DNA of 64,000 nucleotides from Trichoplax sp. H2 (GCA_003344405.1 NOWV01000025.1:124001-188000); one strand, 5' to 3'. Counted from the first letter of the stretch, positions 49,854 to 64,000 are shown. The notes: generated by a model not told the origin, from the sequence alone. Program-made: numbers and translations.

Positions 49854-50131
49854 TTACCAATCGCCAAATCTCTGATAGAGATTTGACGATCAAAAGCGCT
49901 AAAATGGCTTTGCACTAAAGCTCCAATAGATGGAGTAATTGCAAAATGGCAATAAACAAATCAAGGCTTTACTGCCTTGATTGATTCTATTACCAATCGT
50001 CAAATCTCTATCAGAGATTTGACGATCAAAAGCGCTAAAATGGCTTTGCACTAAAGCTCCAATAGATGGAGTAATTGCAAAATGGCAACAAACAAATCAA
50101 GGCTTTACTGCCTTGATTGATTCTATTACCA
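49854..50131. repeat. 136-bp direct tandem duplication of a hairpin-rich unit
   Basis: TTACCAATCG(C/T)CAAATCTCT starts at 49854 and 49990. Each unit holds a 14-bp-arm inverted repeat and a 9-bp-arm inverted repeat (AATCAAGGC-tttact-GCCTTGATT). Confidence 0.95.
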
Positions 50132-53100
50132 GTACAACTTGAAAGCTTGGTAGAGCGCTCTCCACAGTGAGTCAATGATACTGACTGACTGTAGAATAAT
50201 GACAGCATGTAAGGCTCGGGTAGACCTTTTGAACCTTTGAACGATACAAGTTGAAATTGATCCATGGGCAATCATGGATAAAATATCAAAGGCTAACATT
50301 CAGTACGTCTACAATAATTAATCCATTGACTGTAGTCAAATCATGATGGCCTAACTTGCTTCTATATCGTTAACAAGCAAGTGCAATGGCAACCGGTAAT
50401 GACCAGCAGAACTTGATAGGCATGATGTCCTACCTATGATATCACAGGCTAAAACTTCATGAAGAAAACTGAAATACTTGGATCAACATAAATATCCTAC
50501 TTCTATAATCGTCTTAAGCGATTTTGGACTCTGGATTCATGTGATCCACATACCCTAGGTGTACAGTACAGTCTACGGCAACCACTTCTATCCTTGGTTG
50601 ATCGACACCAGTTGGATATCAACTAGTTTCAATAACATGATGACGAATACTAAAAGTGATTCAACGGACTGACAATGTAAAATAGTCCAGGCATTCTAAT
50701 ATGTAGTGCACTTATGGAATGGCTATTTGAACAAATTAAATAATGATATTGTCCTTATAATTTGGGTCGTCTATAGGATCGACGTTGCAAACGATTGTTT
50801 TGATAATAAATCAAATCTATATTGCTCGAAAGACAGTAAAAGTCAGTTTTGCTACACGCCATTGCCTACCTTGCCCTAACATGATGGTGCGAAAGCAACT
50901 TTACCCTTCCAACACTTAGTACTATCCTTAAGAAGAAATTTGTAAGTAATATTCTTACCGTACGTACAGTATATGGATATGCATTTCAATAGTGCCATTG
51001 ACTTAATTTGGCTATTAATTAGTTGTTGCAGTGATTATTTATTTACGCCTTCTAGACGTAGTGTGTTAATGAACACCGTACACCACTTTCCTTGAGTATG
51101 AAGAATGAGGTAACCAAATTGACCGATAGTATTGCAATAGCGTTTCGTGTTTATTTACCTGCCATAATTACAGTATACAGTACAACAGTCTCTATTTTCA
51201 TGCAATCATGCATTATTTCAATATCGCAAATCAACCTTAGTCAAATGCCTTACTGGTTGTATTGCTACTCATAAACGAGTAGAAAGACGTTCTTGAAAAT
51301 CTGTTCATGCTACACTACACCTGTAGACGTATGTATCAAGTTATTAATCCATCTATCATTGCAGTATCGACATTTTTTGCAACACTTATTCCCACTGTAA
51401 TGAGCTAAAATAGATGAAATAATATAGGATTGATACGATATTATATTAACTCCATCTGCGGTAGATATAAATGATACAGTCACGTATTATATAATTATAG
51501 AGCCAAATCAATCTTATTTCCCTTTGCCTACTCTTATGTAAGGAAATTCAACTGGGTGTGAATGATGAGTTGGCAATGTATTTGAAGAAATCTCGAATAA
51601 CCATGTCCACACATATATATGATCATTATTCATTAGACAGTACAATCAAAACAGCATGTCAAACCATTTATATTTGTGTGTATGATGAATTGGTTATCAA
51701 CTCATCTTATATGATGGAATCCCCGTTTTAGCAGCATCGTCAAGTAAACCTTAATAAACATACTGCAATTAGGGATTGTAAATATCCTCTTTGGTATTAG
51801 AATTACCCAAGTATGAAAACTCAGGTGCAATCGCTAACTACAATACAGGTTTTGAAAGACAGTGTTTTTACTGCTCCAAATCCTCTAGTGTTAACTGTAC
51901 AACGAGTCTACGTACCGTACTACATGGTTAAGATATCAAATAGATTATATATATACACTACCCGATTTTCTCTCGACTTATCCATCTGATTGATTAGTGC
52001 TAACCTTGACCTGATTGAAGGATATTAACTTCGGAACATCAGTTGCAATGCACGCATTACAAATAATTGTCATATGGATTTACTAAATCATACGTTACGC
52101 GGCATGATTGTGTACTTATGCTGATTCTATAATTCGCCATATGCTATCATCACATGAAAGTATAGCATATTCTGTCGCATCAATTCTCGAGATAATTTTG
52201 CATTTGGATAACCAAATAGCTTCTAGAGGCTACTTTCTCGAGAGTAGAAAACTCTATAAATTAATAATCATATTAATTCGTTTATGTATTTGTGGAACAT
52301 AATTCTTGGTCAATTCCTCCATTGCATAATTTAGATATTTGAGTTGAAAGGTAAGTACTGTGCAATCCGTATTTACTATTACGAATAATTTAGCTACAAG
52401 GTAGTGAAGGAAAGGCGAATTTATTAATCCTTTCTGAATATTTCTATGATAAAATTATAATTCTCTTACCGTAGTTCGACATAATAGAGTGTGTTTGATC
52501 TCTATAACGGTCTTTATTTCTCGTATTACTGTATTAAATTAAGAGATTAACAAAAATTGTTTTAGTTTCCGTAGCTTGATAAATTTTAACTATTATAGCT
52601 CGAGGATATCTTTAAACCCGGTATCAATCGTACCATTTCTTCTTTATAGTCAATAAAATAGCTAAGTTATCTCATACTTATTACAAACATTGGATCAGAT
52701 TATCTCTTATGTACTCTTACATCCGTAAATTTTTAACCTAAGATATTGGTCTTTATAGATTGTAGCAATATTACGTCCTGGTACTAGATTAATTCTTATT
52801 AGTTATAAAATTACAATACTTTTAAACAATAATTATCTAGAACATAAAATACCTGAATTAGCGTTCGTATCGTATCAGCATGTGTCAATGCAAATGAACT
52901 CCTTGATGCCTATTCAAAGCATTGCCTATAACACTTTTAGCAGTAGCAAAATATAGTATCTGCAGGTCTTCATTCATTGCCCATATCCTTACTAATATAA
53001 GCCTATGCACATGGAAGACACACATCATATTTCTTGTTGGATTAATTATCAGAAATTATAATCATTTTCTCCTAGTTAGCTATCGTAGTATGCTTTTGCT

Positions 53101-53259
53101 ACTAATTAGTCAATTAGTTGGTTGGTGTTAATGTGGTCACGATTGCCTGTGATAAATATTAATTGTAAGATTTATGTATGTATAATGCTGATTAGCTTTA
53201 ACTTATCTTCTAGGTTGATATATAGAGATTTCCTTGGATTTTAGCTACAAGTATATAAG

Positions 53260-54492
53260 ATGCCTACAATACTTGATACAGATGTTAATGAAAATGAAGA
53301 TCTTGAAGGAAAACAAACTGGTGTTCATGTAGGCAAAAAGCGGCAGATGAAGTCGGCCAAGGTAGAGGAGATAAAAAGCGAGAAAAAAGAATGGCTTAGT
53401 GCAGCGTGGAAAGGTGTCAAACCTTGGTCCGCCTTCGTAACATGTAATAAATTTTCTAAACCGCAAAGTATTTCTGATGTTGGAAAGCGTCTAGTAACCA
53501 ATATTCGATTCTACTGGTGGAATTATATCTTCATAACCCTCTTTTTAATGATTTTTTGTATGTAAGTGCGAGAATTAAAGCAAAAGTATAGAGATAGTTC
53601 TTTTATGTTGATCAAAAGTGTCATTATCGTATCTACTATGTGAGCCGTAGAGATAAAAGAAAGAGCTTTGCGCCAAGCTAACATGTTCATTTTACTAATT
53701 AGACTCCAAATAATCTATTCTTATGTCTATAACTGTAATCTATATTAATTTTTAATTAACTAAAATAATCTTAGCTACGCATCTTATTGGCAGTATTGTT
53801 GATATCGTACTCAGTACGTAAATCATCCACACCATGATGGTTTCTTATATAAGTTCATTGAATCTCTAATACTGTGCCCAGTTACTTCATACTAGCTAAT
53901 GCACGTCTGAAATTGATATCTTGTCCAGAATTACCTCACCTATGCTGCTTTTGGCATTGTGTGCAACAGCAGCCGGCTGTTACTGGATTAATACTCGCTG
54001 CAAAGGAGAAAAAACCAAATTTTGCGGTACTTATAGAATGGATTGCATATTTCCTTCACTTGAATTATCTGATACCGTTTGCTTGTCGTCATTTCCTAAC
54101 ATTACTAATAACTAACACTGTAAAATTTTTCTTTTGTTGTAGGCCATGAATTTGATAAAACTGAACAGTACGGACTCGTTTGTTTAATCACTTTACCATT
54201 ATATATCTTTGCATCTGCTGGTTCAACTATTTTTTGGCTCACGGGTATATTATTCTTTTTATGTCCATTTGTGGAATTAAAATTTTTATTTACCAAATTA
54301 CTGTATCGTAAAAGGCAAATTATTTTACTGTTAATACCACCATCGACGATAACTCGATAGCCAAATCAATCGTAATTTGATATATTTATTTGTATATCCC
54401 TAGGTCTTGTAGCTTTCATAGTTTTCTTTCACGCTACATTTACCCTATCGGAGGATGAGATTCTTCCACCACCAGGCACAGAAATGGTATAA
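53260..54492 (+). CDS. RABAC1: PRA1 family protein (prenylated Rab acceptor 1-like), 196 aa, four exons
   Basis: Exons 53260-53561, 53929-54026, 54143-54244 and 54404-54492 (591 nt, GT-AG, phases match). Family motifs: VKPWSAF...FSKP...RLVTNIRFYWWNY, ITSPMLLLAL, LPLYIFASAGSTIFWL, FFHATF, and a C-terminal acidic tail ending EMV. Confidence 0.92.
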
Positions 54493-57151
54493 TTATACCG
54501 CCGCCGAAAATTTTTAACCGAATGATTAATTATAAATAACGTGTTAAATAATCGTAAGAATTATTAGAAATAATATTACGTATATAATATGTAAAATATA
54601 TATATTAAATAATGCGATTGTTCATTGCTAGATAATCATATGCCTGTATATTATCGCTTCGATTTATTAATATAATACAAGCTGTATAATATATTGCTTT
54701 ATGACATTCAACTACTATAATTAGATCAATAACCGATGGTAAATTAAGCGTGTAAGTTAGGTAAATTACTTGTTACATATTGCGGGTATATCAAACTTGA
54801 CTGGTGATACGTTGGCTCCTTGTTACCTTGTATTGTTAAGGAATATGAGAATAATTAACGCAACCAATCGTGAAAAATATGAAGTTACATTCGAAAAATT
54901 AATAGTGTATTTATAAATATATCAATACCCAGATCTTACTGACAGATAACAAAATATTACACCGAATATGTTGTAAAAAGTACAACTACTACATTCAATA
55001 TTTACTTCTACAGAAAGGAAGTGTACTTTTTTAATACCTGTAATTCTTAAAAGTTGTTTCGTTATAAAGTAAACACTAAACGTCCGGGTATTAAAAACCA
55101 GTACAAAATATTACGGTAATCGGTTCCTTCAGTGGTTATTGATGCAATTTTAGCTGTCACTAACCTCTAAAAATTTCATTTATCACGATCTAGCGGTAGT
55201 GAATTTTTGTGAAATAAAATAAGAGTACCTATTGATGTAAGAATTTAAAATTATTGTTTATGATATATTTGAAGGTACTGACAGCATAACATGTAGTAAA
55301 AACCAAAAGTCTCGATCTTACAATGTTTCATGGCAACAGACTGATGAGTGCAGGCCTCATCGATATAATGCTCAAACTTTTTACTACATTCTTTTATGAT
55401 CCAGAAGCGTAATATCGAAAGTTTAACATGATACCGAAAAGACTGCGATTCGCCATTCACATTAGATCAGATCATATAATAGCAGCTTTATCTTTACCTA
55501 GTTACATAATTATTTATGATAAAATATGTAGCTATCGATGTCACGAAAAATTTAGTAATTTAATACATATTCTGCGGTCTTTCCTGGCAATCTTCTTGCT
55601 AAATTATAGTTACATCAAATAATGATAAAACTTTTCCATTACCGATACAACATGACGTTGATATTTTTATATGTATTCTTTCTCCCCAAATACGATTTTC
55701 TGTACTCCATTTATTAGATATTCAAGGATGAAAAATTAGTCATCTATAGTATATTATTACTTCGATATCCTAAACCGTTGCACAATTAGCAATTTTATTT
55801 CTCAACATTAAATTTAGACTTTCACGACACGATAGGTTGATTAAAAAAAGCAACTGACTGGTGGTATAGTTCTAACGACTACCGTCTAGTCTACAGTCAA
55901 ATCTGTGAACTTTCAGCCTCTATTTCATATGGTTTAATTGAATACTTCCAGTAACTGGTAACGATTTTAAACCGCATTATATCAAAAACTCACATCGTAC
56001 ATTTTGATATTGTCCAAGGTCTGTAAATTTGCTATTAACTACTCATAACGTCTTCCAGATGTGTACAGTTCCTAGTTGCACTATCATGTACTTAGTTGGA
56101 CAATAGGTTTACAATAACAACAATAAATGAAACTCCTTTATCATTGCCTGAGATATTTGGAAATTAAAAAATACCAAGTATTAAATCTTACTCCTTGTAC
56201 TTAAGCAAATGTAATAAATTTGTTCAGAAGGAAAAAACTTGAAATATTAATTCTATTAATAATTATAGCGTTATATGATCAGTTGCTCAGGCCGATTGAT
56301 TCTAGCCAGTATTTTTAAAATATATATTCATATTTCTAGCGACAGATAGTATTCAATGTTTGCATGGTTATTCCTCTTTAGATATGATACATACGCATAA
56401 ATACAAACCCTGAAGACTATTCTCTTCGAAGTTTAGGTGGTTATTTTTATACTTATTAAATCCGTCAAAAAGTCGATCAAAAATACATCGTAGCAAGGCG
56501 TAACCTTTATTATCATTTAATGTGCATTGATAAGTGTATTATAATGTAGATATAGTCTACACAAATAGATGTATGCTGTAAATATAGTATATCGTATACG
56601 TGCATACTGTGTAATGTACAGTACATATAAGCGTGTCTACTAATAAGTTGTATACTCGCAAATAGGTTTATTTTTTACATATATAGTACAGTCTATATTG
56701 TTATATAGCGTTGATAAATAAAAAAATTAAATCAGTCGGCGTTATTTAGTCGGTAATGTATAATATTTTCCTCGAAATAGTAATTTATATACCGAAAATG
56801 TCCCCGATAAAATATTTTAAGGCAGTTACAGTAACAGTTTTGATTTTCTTGATATAAAAACACATCGCTTCTCTTTGAGGAGTAATTCTTGTTCTAATTT
56901 AATAGGACTAGTTATTGAGCTTACCGCTGATAAAAAAATAACTTTAATTTAGTCTTATTATAGAATAATAAATGAAAATAATTTGTGTATTAAGAGATCT
57001 CTATTCATTTACTGAATTTCGTTAGTTCTATAGATATTCAATGTCAAATAGCAACTTGTTAAATTGCGTATTTGTAAGTCCTAGGCATAAATACTACCAC
57101 ATCTAGGGCCATTTTAATGATGAAAGGAATAAATAACTCGACAGGATAAAA

Positions 57152-60100
57152 TTACACATTTGTCTCATAAACGATATGCCTCGTAGTAGGCGTAACATTT
57201 GCTTGATAGTTGGTATCAATAGAATTACTACCACTATCATTGTCGCCATCATAGGCAGTAGCGTTGTTGGCTGTATCTATGCTTTTCTTTTGGTGTTTAA
57301 TCAATTTCTTGAAAAGATTATACTTAGACGATTTGCTTGCTTCATGAGATGTTGAATGAATGAACGTTGATGCAACACATAGTTTTGTATTGCATCCAGC
57401 TGGTAGTTGAATCATAAATGTTCCTAATTGGACGTTTTTATTTCTCATTTGCTGAACGCATAATGGCGCCTTCATTGCTTCATCTTCTACGCTACCACTG
57501 CGTTCATTTTCATATAGAAGATGGAATATCTGATATGGTCTACTTTTCATATCTTCTACAGCTTCTTGCCTTTGGAGCACAACTCGGTATTGTTTCACTT
57601 TCCAAATCAGTAAGGCTGTACCCAAGGCTAAAAATAACGAAGTAAAGAACGCTGCTAGAAAAATAAGCATATTAAAACTTGAATATGGCTGATCAAAATG
57701 GATTGTAGCGAAAGATTGTTCATGATGTCTAGTTGGAAAAATGGTTACGTAAAAATCACTTTCTTGGACTTTAGAAGTTCCAGTTTTGGGTATGATTATT
57801 GTAGTTTTGAAGGAAACTCCTTTCAGTTTAACGATTTCCCTTTTAAATATTATATAATTTTGATGTCTTTCCTTTGAAATGTCAATCTCAGTCATAGCTG
57901 ATTTACTTATATTCACTAAATTAATGTTTCTACCATTTATTCCGTGGTCAATAAGCACTACCTCTGACTTCTTCGCAATGTAGATATCAGCTGTTGCATT
58001 ATAGATGGAGACAGTAATACGTATATCCACGTTGGAATAGATAGATGAGATATGAAAATTAGTGGATAAATTTACTGCTGATAATGGTGCTTTTTCAATT
58101 GAGCCTCCCGGTATTCCAAGTTCTTTATAACATTGGCGACCACCTATCCCTTCGCCCTTGTAACCAGCTTGACATTTCGAACACTAGTTCCGTATAAAAA
58201 TTGTATAAATGAAATAAAAAATGAGATAAGACTTAAAGAAAAAACAGTAGTCTGTTTATGTATATATATTATTTGTCTTAATCATCAGTTTAGGCAGGGA
58301 ATATCAATTAATGTGAAATGAGATAAATCTGTGAATTGTTACAATTTGATTAACCTGTCGGTATCGACAATCTGAAGTGGTATGATCGCACGGTGATATT
58401 GTTTTATCTGCACAAGAACAATTTAATCCATCGAATTTGTTGCATGCTAATCCATGTCCATTACATTCACATCTGAAGGAAGAACAAAGTCGTGAAATAA
58501 GAACATATGAAATGTACAGTATAACGAAGGAAATATATTTCATCAATTTATACAATATCCTTAGATTATCTATTCCACTATTATAAATTTTAAATACTAA
58601 TCACTTTTGTAGATAAATAATTAATTAATACTTGGCCAAAGGTGTATAAAATTCTATACCTTTGACAAGGTGAACTTTCGTGTAAGCGAAAGAATCCAGT
58701 TTTGCATTGATCACACTTCTTTCCCTCCATATTACCACTACAATTCAAACAGATAGCATCCTGCTGATTCGGGCCTATACTTTGCTTCTTTAATATCTAA
58801 AGAAATAAATGTAAGCTTATAACTTCATTCTTTGGTGACATTAGAATACTATAAAAGCTAAAGATATTTATCAGATAACAATATAACATGATTTAAATGT
58901 GACTAACCTCTTTCAGGCTTGGAAATACACCATCAGATCGCAAACTTTTGTATTGGTCATCCGATACACATATATTGCTATGGTAGTTACAAAATTTTAA
59001 ACAGGATGTACATATTGAATCATTGTTATGCATGGATTTTACAAATAATGGCTTGCATTCATGGCAATATTTTCCCTGAAATTTGTGAAGAATTAGATAT
59101 TTATCAAAACACATTTCAATACCATACACATAATATATCATACTAATTAAACAATAAATAGCAGAATTTCGAAGTATTTTATTACCTGAGAATTGTTGTG
59201 ACACTTTAAGCATATATCAGTATGAGTAGTATTCGGACAAGTAGAATGACTATTACAGTTACATTTCTTTTCGCAATATTCTCCGACATAACCAGTATAG
59301 CAACTACAGTTATTAGGCTGAGTGCAATATCCATGATGATTGCAGCGATCTTTGCAAATAGGCATGCATTTTTCTCTATTTGGATGATAGTAAATAATAT
59401 AATTAGAGCATATGTTTACATTTAATTAACATTTTCAATTTATCTTTAAGCATCTACTTGATTTATTACGTTGGTTCACCAACTCACCCTCGCAATTCAT
59501 ATCCGGCGACACAACTACAAATAAAAGAAGTAGGAGTATCTATACAATTTTCAACATCAACACAGTCATGATTGCCATTTTCACACTCATTCTCCATAGG
59601 GCAAGAAAGGACATTCCAAGATGTAAAGCTTTTACTTAGTGCAGAGCTTGGGAAAATATCATTTAAGCACTGCTTCTGCATGGATGATTCCATGCAAATT
59701 CCTACCAAATTAAGAATTATGACAATATTACTACGAATAACAAATTAATAATTTGTATCTTAGAATGTATTATAAATATATATATTCGTTTCATTTACGC
59801 AAGATGCAATAGATTTAAGAATAATCGTAACCTTGCCCCGAGTAATTTCCTAAGGTATATTTTGCACACCAGGAGCAGTTCAATTGGCTATTGCAACTTC
59901 TACAATTCTTAAAGTTCCTACATGGACGAGGACAATGATTAGGGCTGCTCAACAATTGGCCACAAGTTCCTCCAGCACAGATCAATGGAAGGGCACTCGG
60001 AGGTAGACATTTTGACTTGGAAATACTCCAAACACAGTGACCAGATACTTCATCGGCTAACTGTCCAGTACATTCATAACAACTTTTACGATTTTGGCAA

Positions 60101-63100
60101 ATCGATGGGCAAGAATCATTAATGACACTATTTGTGGTTATGTGTTGTGCAGGTTCGCATGCATACGACGTACTAGTACTAAAAACTGTCTTATGGAATA
60201 GTGAATAATCTTTAACTGATTTCCAAGAGCAACTACATGAATGGCATGATGGTGAATTGCACCTTCTTTCTTTACAGCTACTAGCAGTAGTCATTTTTGT
60301 AAGAGAACTGGTTTCACAAGGACCTTTTGTTCTTGTAATCAAATTAGCAATTTCTCTCGGATCTGTGTTGACAGATCGACACATTTTGATTCCGCAACCG
60401 GTAAACCAAGCACAATTATCACTGGATAAACATTCAATGCAATTACTATATCTTTGACAAAAATCAATCAGTCTTGGACTAGATTTAATGCAGTCGGGGC
60501 CATTATCTGACTCAGAAAAACAACCAGCTTTAGTAGGACACCAACTACATCGTACACTACACCAAGGACAAAGTTGTTGATTATTAGAAGTGTCACCGGT
60601 ACATTCCTGGTAGTTATCAATCAGTTGGCATGTATCATTCGTTAAAGTTAAAGAATATGCTCTACTAAATGGTTGCCCATTGAATCCACCAAGTAATAAA
60701 ACGCTCCCAGAACGAACTATTGCATGTACATTGATAAATGGAATAGGCCGCTCGCTAAATACGCAGTTTTCTATGCAAGTTATACAAAATCAAAAAAAGA
60801 TTAATTAATTAGTAATCGTTTATTTTATAGCGTAATCATTGATAGCTTTTACAAACATACTTTCGAGAAATTTATTGAAAAATAACAACTTTTTAGACTT
60901 ACTTGAAGGATGAATGGCTCGCCAAATTCCGAATCTTAAATTAAAGGCTGCGACGTTATTCGAATAACTCGATGTCGCATATATAGAGGGATTTTGATCA
61001 TTTGAAAAGCTTCCACCAAATACATACATGTTATGTTCGTAAAGAACTGCAGAATGAAATAATCGACTAGCTCCATTAGCACCAAAAAGTACCGAAAATT
61101 TCAAATTGTTAACATTCAGTTTCAAGATTCGGGAAGACATAGATTCATTTCCTATCCAGTATCCGAAACCTCCGTAGATGTAGATACTTTCACTTGCTGG
61201 ATAATATATCGCGCTATGACCGTATATACCTATTTAACATTAGCATTATCTAATTACGACCTTATACTTAACAATGTCTATTTTACTATTACCTACTGTC
61301 TCTAACTAATCTGTAAGATGTTAGCATGACTACATATTGTTAGGGCTGGAAAAAAATTGAAGATAGGTTAATTTATTGTACCTGCTGGAGGTGTTCCAAA
61401 GGTTGAGGCAAGACTGGATTTTCTGGTGTCAATAGAGTAAATCTCTTCCTCAGTTACATAGCCCTGACTGTCCGAATATCCACCAATAATATAAACCTTG
61501 CCTTTTGCTATCGTAGCAGTATGTCCAGCACGCCGACGAAGCATGTTCTAATTATAATATGTGTAGTATAATGATGTTTAATGTTTATCCATTTTACCAG
61601 CTATCACATAAATACCTGTATTACTCACCGAGCTTTGCACCCAAACATGATTGACGATATCATAGTGCCAGATTTGATTGCTAATTATTCCATCATCGGT
61701 TATACCGCCGAAAATTATCATTTCATCCTAGACGAAAATTAAAGCAATTTGCAGCTATCCGTTTTGATCACTATTTTTGTTATATTATTCTATTCTATTC
61801 AAGGATTGGATTATTTACCTTATAAACTACAGCGCTGTGGAAATATCTACCAACAGGGTAAGTACTTTTCAATGAAGCAACAATTTTCAGGGTTTTCATA
61901 TCCGTAGATAGTTGATAGTGTTGAACTATATTTGAAATTCCCTTTCCTACCTGGTAGCCACCAAATGTTATAATCGCAGAATTTTGATGATAAACTACCG
62001 AATGACCCAAAAGGCTTGAAAAGTCTGCATTATTCGACGGTGTTGATATTAAAGTATTCCAAAGTAACTGTTTCGATTTTAACCTTGACATACAATCAAC
62101 TCCATAAAAGCCCCTGAGACAATCGCATTTACCTGTAATCTAAATTCCATTTATGTCAAAAATATTCAGCCTTTTATATGCCTATTTATCGAAGTCTTAA
62201 TGGTTGATAATTAAAATTTAGATTTACCTTATTGCATTTTCCTCCTTGACCTTGTTCATTACATTGATTTGGGCACCGTAACTGATCACATAGTAGTCCT
62301 AAATAACCGTCCAAACACTTACAGATACCTCCTTCACAACGTCTATTGCCTAAACAGTCACTATTACGGCGACAATGATTGTGCTTAATAAATGCTTTAA
62401 ACATTGCATCCGAAGTTGATCGGAGATTTGTAACCACTACCGTCAAAACCCCAGTGGTAGATGTTATAGGTTTTGGAGTTTCTTGACCACAGAATGAAGC
62501 CAATAAGTTACCTAAAAATAACCAGAGAAAGGAATATAAATACAACACTCTCTGTATGAATAATAACGCAATTACATTGATTATTGTATGTGTATGTTGT
62601 ATAACCTGATGCCTGATCGATTCTACTCGTATTTGCAAATGGATAGCCATCGTAAATATGAACAAACTGAATTGAACACAAGGTATTAAATGTATCCACA
62701 AATTCTATATAGATGTGTTCATTTGTACCACGTTGAGATTGACTAGTATAGAGGCTATTCTCCATAGACGTTGCAATTGTCCATATACAAGTATTATGTC
62801 GATTTCTTTTTTGTAAACTTGACGGCAATATACCAATAGCGGTAGTAGAATTGGATACAATTAAAGTTCGACCATCGCATTCGCGATAACATATACCACC
62901 ATTTCTATTCATAGTTAATAAGGATAAGCAATTACTAAAATTACAAACAGAATATAATTTTAAATGAAATTGACAATCTTTTTTCCACATACTTTGGGTC
63001 ACCAAAATATCCCAGGGCACATACTTCACAATGTTTTCCTGTAGTACTGTTATCACAATGGCAATGACCAGTAACTATATTACATGTCTGACTATGACCA

Positions 63101-64000
63101 TGGCATTGGCAAGGAACGCAACTTCCACCATTTTCAGGGTTACCATAAAATCCAATGCGACAATGTTCGCACTTGGGCCCAGCTGTATTTGCTATAGATT
63201 GCATAGGAATTTGTATGTATAGTTTGTATCAGTAATAAATTGATAATAAATCAAGTAAAAGCAACACTCGTTGTAAGATACATTCTGATACCTTCACATT
63301 GATCACAGATTCCAACACCTTTATTACATGTACTGCGTTTATTACAACCACAATCGATATTGCAAGTAGGTCCTGTCCAACCTTTCTTACATTGACATTT
63401 GAATGGTGGCTTTTGGGGACATTCTCCGTTAAAACATTCTTCATAGCAACTATAGAATTGAAAAACCCGTCATTCACAACAGACTAGTTCGCTACTCCAA
63501 ATTTAAGTTACTACTTGCGAATAGAGTACTAACGTTTCGTGACATTGGAAACCATCGCCAATGAAACCTCGATTACATTTGCATTCATAACCGTTTGAGG
63601 TATCGGAGCAAGTAGCATTTTGATGGCATTTATGTAGGTTTAGTTGACATTCATTAATAATTGGACAAGATTGGTAGTGCCACGTAATATTTGTTCCTGT
63701 GGGCATAATAGCATTACAGGACTGTTGGAAAGATGAGTTTGCATCACCTTTTAAGCATCTAGAAGTAAATTGATCCAATATACAAACACGTACCGTTATT
63801 GTAACATTTACAAATAAGAAAAAAAGGAATTATCAACAAGATCCTACATATTATTTCAACACTGATTCATATTTAAACGGAGAGCATAATTAAAGCCTTA
63901 CTTTCCATTATAGGGGTTAGCACTAGTTGCACACCAACCACATGTACGGTCTGTGATGCAATTACGACATAGAGTATGTTGAGAGCAATTTCTGCAGGTA
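57152..64000 (-). CDS. MEGF8: MEGF8-like (attractin/MEGF8 family) membrane protein, 3' portion; 5' end lies beyond the window
   Basis: 17 in-phase exons: 64000-63902 (partial), 63758-63534, 63449-63292, 63191-62993, 62904-62606, 62511-62228, 62139-61819, 61727-61629, 61547-61382, 61229-60903, 60770-59832, 59701-59488, 59375-59186, 59075-58908, 58796-58660, 58472-58355, 58183-57152. Domain order is PSI, EGF-Ca, laminin-EGF, CUB, EGF, Kelch repeats (GHS..., FGG), PSI, EGF-Ca, laminin-EGF, NVDIRI, TM (57670-57602), then cytoplasmic MKSRPY. An internal CUB-Kelch block preceded by PSI/EGF favours MEGF8 over ATRN. Confidence 0.88.

Noticed and set aside
57152..64000. Attractin (ATRN/ATRNL1) assignment
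   Set aside because: The CUB-Kelch block is preceded by PSI, EGF-Ca and laminin-EGF domains, i.e. it is the second block of the duplicated MEGF8 architecture; attractin has a single block.

Overview
This is eukaryotic, AT-rich, intron-containing genomic DNA from a compact animal genome. The short GT-AG introns and gene content are placozoan (Trichoplax)-like, which is an inference only. The ORF track fragments the real genes, so I spliced them by hand, and the phases are consistent at every junction. (1) + strand 2346-27315: one 7-exon gene for a ~7,858-aa type I membrane protein. It has a signal peptide, ~5,900 aa of Cys-rich (GCC2_GCC3/Ephrin_rec_like-type) repeats with a hidden ~700-aa super-period, a KRRRLL cleavage-like site, one TM helix, a long repeated coiled-coil tail and a C-terminal globular HxxxH domain. 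The gene contains an 18,339-nt exon, and an RFX X-box-like palindrome lies upstream, suggesting a giant ciliary surface protein. (2) About 19 kb with no identifiable coding gene but at least five unrelated tandem-repeat arrays. (3) - strand 46989-47686: a 133-aa single C2H2 zinc-finger gene that is visible only after splicing. (4) + strand 53260-54492: PRA1/RABAC1 family gene. (5) - strand 57152-64000 (runs off the window): 3' part of a MEGF8-like gene. There is also a 136-bp hairpin-rich duplication whose two copies differ by a loop micro-inversion. I found no CRISPR array, rRNA, tRNA or intact mobile element.
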